64,000 bases of DNA from Asterias rubens (Eukaryota), in assembly GCF_902459465.1 (NCBI RefSeq), contig NC_047071.1, positions 4,216,001 to 4,280,000 of the forward strand. Direction: 5' to 3'. Shown one piece after another: positions 61,521 through 64,000 of this stretch. The translations under genes were made by a program, and so were the position numbers. The notes below the pieces were generated by a model. It was not told where the DNA came from, did no database searches, and saw only the letters and a program-made list of their open reading frames with translations. Each line of letters begins with the position of its first letter. Within the stretch, counting starts at the first letter, position 1.

Positions 61521-64000
61521 CCCTAGGAAATGAATGATTTAGATTTCCGTATAGAACATGCACTTAATTAAGACGAATGTCACACCGGTAACTCTGTTGT
61601 TACTCGTTTGATATTGAACGTCAAACATCAAATAAGTAACCAACTTTACGCCGGTTATATTATAATACTCAATAATAAAGAAGAAGAAGCAAGTCAGTCC
61701 GGGCGTACCATACGGAAAGCAAAGGGGGTGGGGTCGAGGTACTTCTAAAAACTGAGCGGGGGGGGAGCCAATCAATAGTTTCTAGATAGAAGTAGGGCCG
61801 AGGTTTGTGCGCCAAACCAAACATAACTTAAAACATCATTAACCTGGCCATTGCAAAGACCACTGGTCCTCTCTATTTATTAGGCCTATGCCAAAACAAA
61901 CCCAGAAATTCCAGAAATATAAAACTTACCAAATGTTACTTCTCGATGACCATCTTTACACGGTTCACACTACAGACAGCAACAAAATCTCAGTGTTCGA
62001 ACTTTATACCAGTTTCAAACCACCACAAAATCAACGTCGAACTATTTTGACGCTGCCACACACGGTTCGTCACGTGCTGCTGTTTTTCTGTCTAATCATT
62101 TCAACGCAAAACATGTGAGGACCTTGAATGAACTAGTGCAGGAAAAAGTGTCGCTGCAGTGAGTCATACGACGACTTCGGCTACAGCTACGTCTAGATCA
62201 GCGCGTCTACCAGTGTTGAAGAATAGGCAGACGCACGCGATCTAGCCGTAGCTGTAGCCGAAGTCGCCGTTTCGGACACGGCCATAATCTCCGTCGTCTA
62301 AAAAAGGTCATTTCTGCGCGTCAAAACTTCCCGTGTGATTACACTAGAGGGTGATTGTTTTTTTTTCAGCTCAGTCACAGGATTGATAAAAAAAAAACAA
62401 TGGGGTCACGAGATATTTACTGGGAAATAGAGCCCAATGATAACTTATGATTGATCCAAAAACTTTGGTTATGTCACAGTGCCAGATGTCCCAAGGTTCC
62501 AATGAACGGCTGAAGGCACATGGGATATGGGTTCAGCCCCGCCCCCCGGCCAGTGCAGCCCCCGTGATGTTCGAAATCCCCCCCCCCAACCCACTTAAAA
62601 AAGCACTGTTGGGATTAACATTAACTAGAGTAATTAAATGGCATATAATACTGAAGAAGATAATACAAACAGAAACACTGCTGTCCCTTGTGCCCAATGT
62701 TTCCCCAAGACAATTGCTCCCCACTTAGGTTTCCCCATGAAATGTAAATACCCCCGAAAAACCCAAACAATTGTTTTGCTCCATTCAAAAAAATGAAGGA
62801 AATGATGTCCGCCATGGTCAGAACAGTCAAAGAGCACCACTTGAACCAGGATTAATTTTATGTCAGCTATACACTGTAACAACAACAGGAATGTCTTGAA
62901 TGAAGACTACGCCTTTAAGAAAGGAAACTCTTCTTTGATACAAATTGATTACCCATATACCAAGAATAGTTTATTCGAACAATATAGCTGACAATACTTT
63001 TAAAAAAAAATTATTTTAAGGCATTGCACTAATTGTGTATTGGACTTTTGAGTTATCATGGACAACTTGAGCTGATAACAACTTTCCTTTGTCGCAGTTG
63101 TATGACAAAATCAATGTATCAAGTTGTTGAATTTTTTCCCTCAAATTCGTTTTTTAGTTACTTCTTTTGAACCATCATTCTGAGTTTTATTCTGAGTTTT
63201 ATTAACATTAATAAGTCTGTATGGCCCCTTGTATTTAACGTATGTCTAAGATATGTCATTACTCATTTTTTTAAGATATGTCGATTACTAACAAATGTGA
63301 TTAACACCAAAATTTGAATTGTAATGGTCAAATGGTTTGCACTTTAACTAAATATTAATTTATTTCAGAATCCACCAGGAATTTGTTAACTGAATAATAT
63401 TAACTACATACTCCTCACATTTACCACTTACTACAATCAAGTTAAGATTAGGGCGTGAATTCTTTTGTAAGTTTTAGAATTATAAAGGAATAAGTCTTAA
63501 GGATAAGGATTTGCGGAATTAAATTGTACCAGTATACCTTTACTCCCCTTAATCAAATTTGCTTAAACTATAACTTTAATTATACTTGCGTTCAAACATT
63601 ATTAATGACAATAATAACAACAACAATAATAGGTTCTTATTTATTATTTCTTTATTAATATTACCAAGGTAGGTTCTTGTTTATTATTTCTTTATTAATA
63701 TTACCAAGGAATATTTGTTTGTTAAATGTTGAATAATTTAGACGGGACTGTGCAGTACTGGAACCAGGAATTTTGTTCCGTTGAACGAAGGATCGGTATT
63801 CTATAATTAAATGCAGGGGCAAAATCTACACTTTAAATAATTTTAATTCTATGCAAATCAGTTACAGATTATGAGCTTAATTAACAACAGGGCCAAACTT
63901 CATAAAACTGCTTATTATCATAAAAAAGCTTGAACATTTTTTGCAAAGCAGAAATGAGCAAAGTACCAGTCAAAGTTTGTACATGTGACGTGATAGTTTG

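Overview
AT-rich animal genomic DNA with spliceosomal introns, probably an echinoderm such as a sea star (inferred from the repeat landscape and protein divergence; not verified). All exon models were assembled by hand from splice signals and phase matching. Six protein-coding genes are supported: (1) a zincin metalloprotease (HEFAH) whose catalytic domain lies in one exon (minus, 1557-2375, ends uncertain); (2) DCTN3, 7 exons (+, 5583-10868), whose last intron has U12 minor-spliceosome signals; (3) LARP6, 2 exons (+, 14136-18159); (4) a TMEM53/DUF829-like alpha/beta-hydrolase-fold protein ending in SKL (minus, 25598 to ~26915); (5) a mucin-stalked single-pass receptor with a degenerate tyrosine-phosphatase domain, probably a pseudophosphatase (minus, 33903 to at least 43281); (6) MFSD12, 11 exons (minus, 51280-60429). 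Non-coding DNA is dense in non-autonomous DNA transposons (about 14 copies of one ~380-bp TTAA-flanked Kolobok-like family, plus Harbinger-like and hAT-like MITEs), tRNA-derived repeats, LINE 3' fragments, a decayed Merlin/ISXO2 transposase, a 3.2-kb 55-bp satellite and smaller tandem arrays. The best candidates for novel biology are the receptor pseudophosphatase, the bacterial-type zincin, the U12 intron and the SKL-tagged DUF829 protein.
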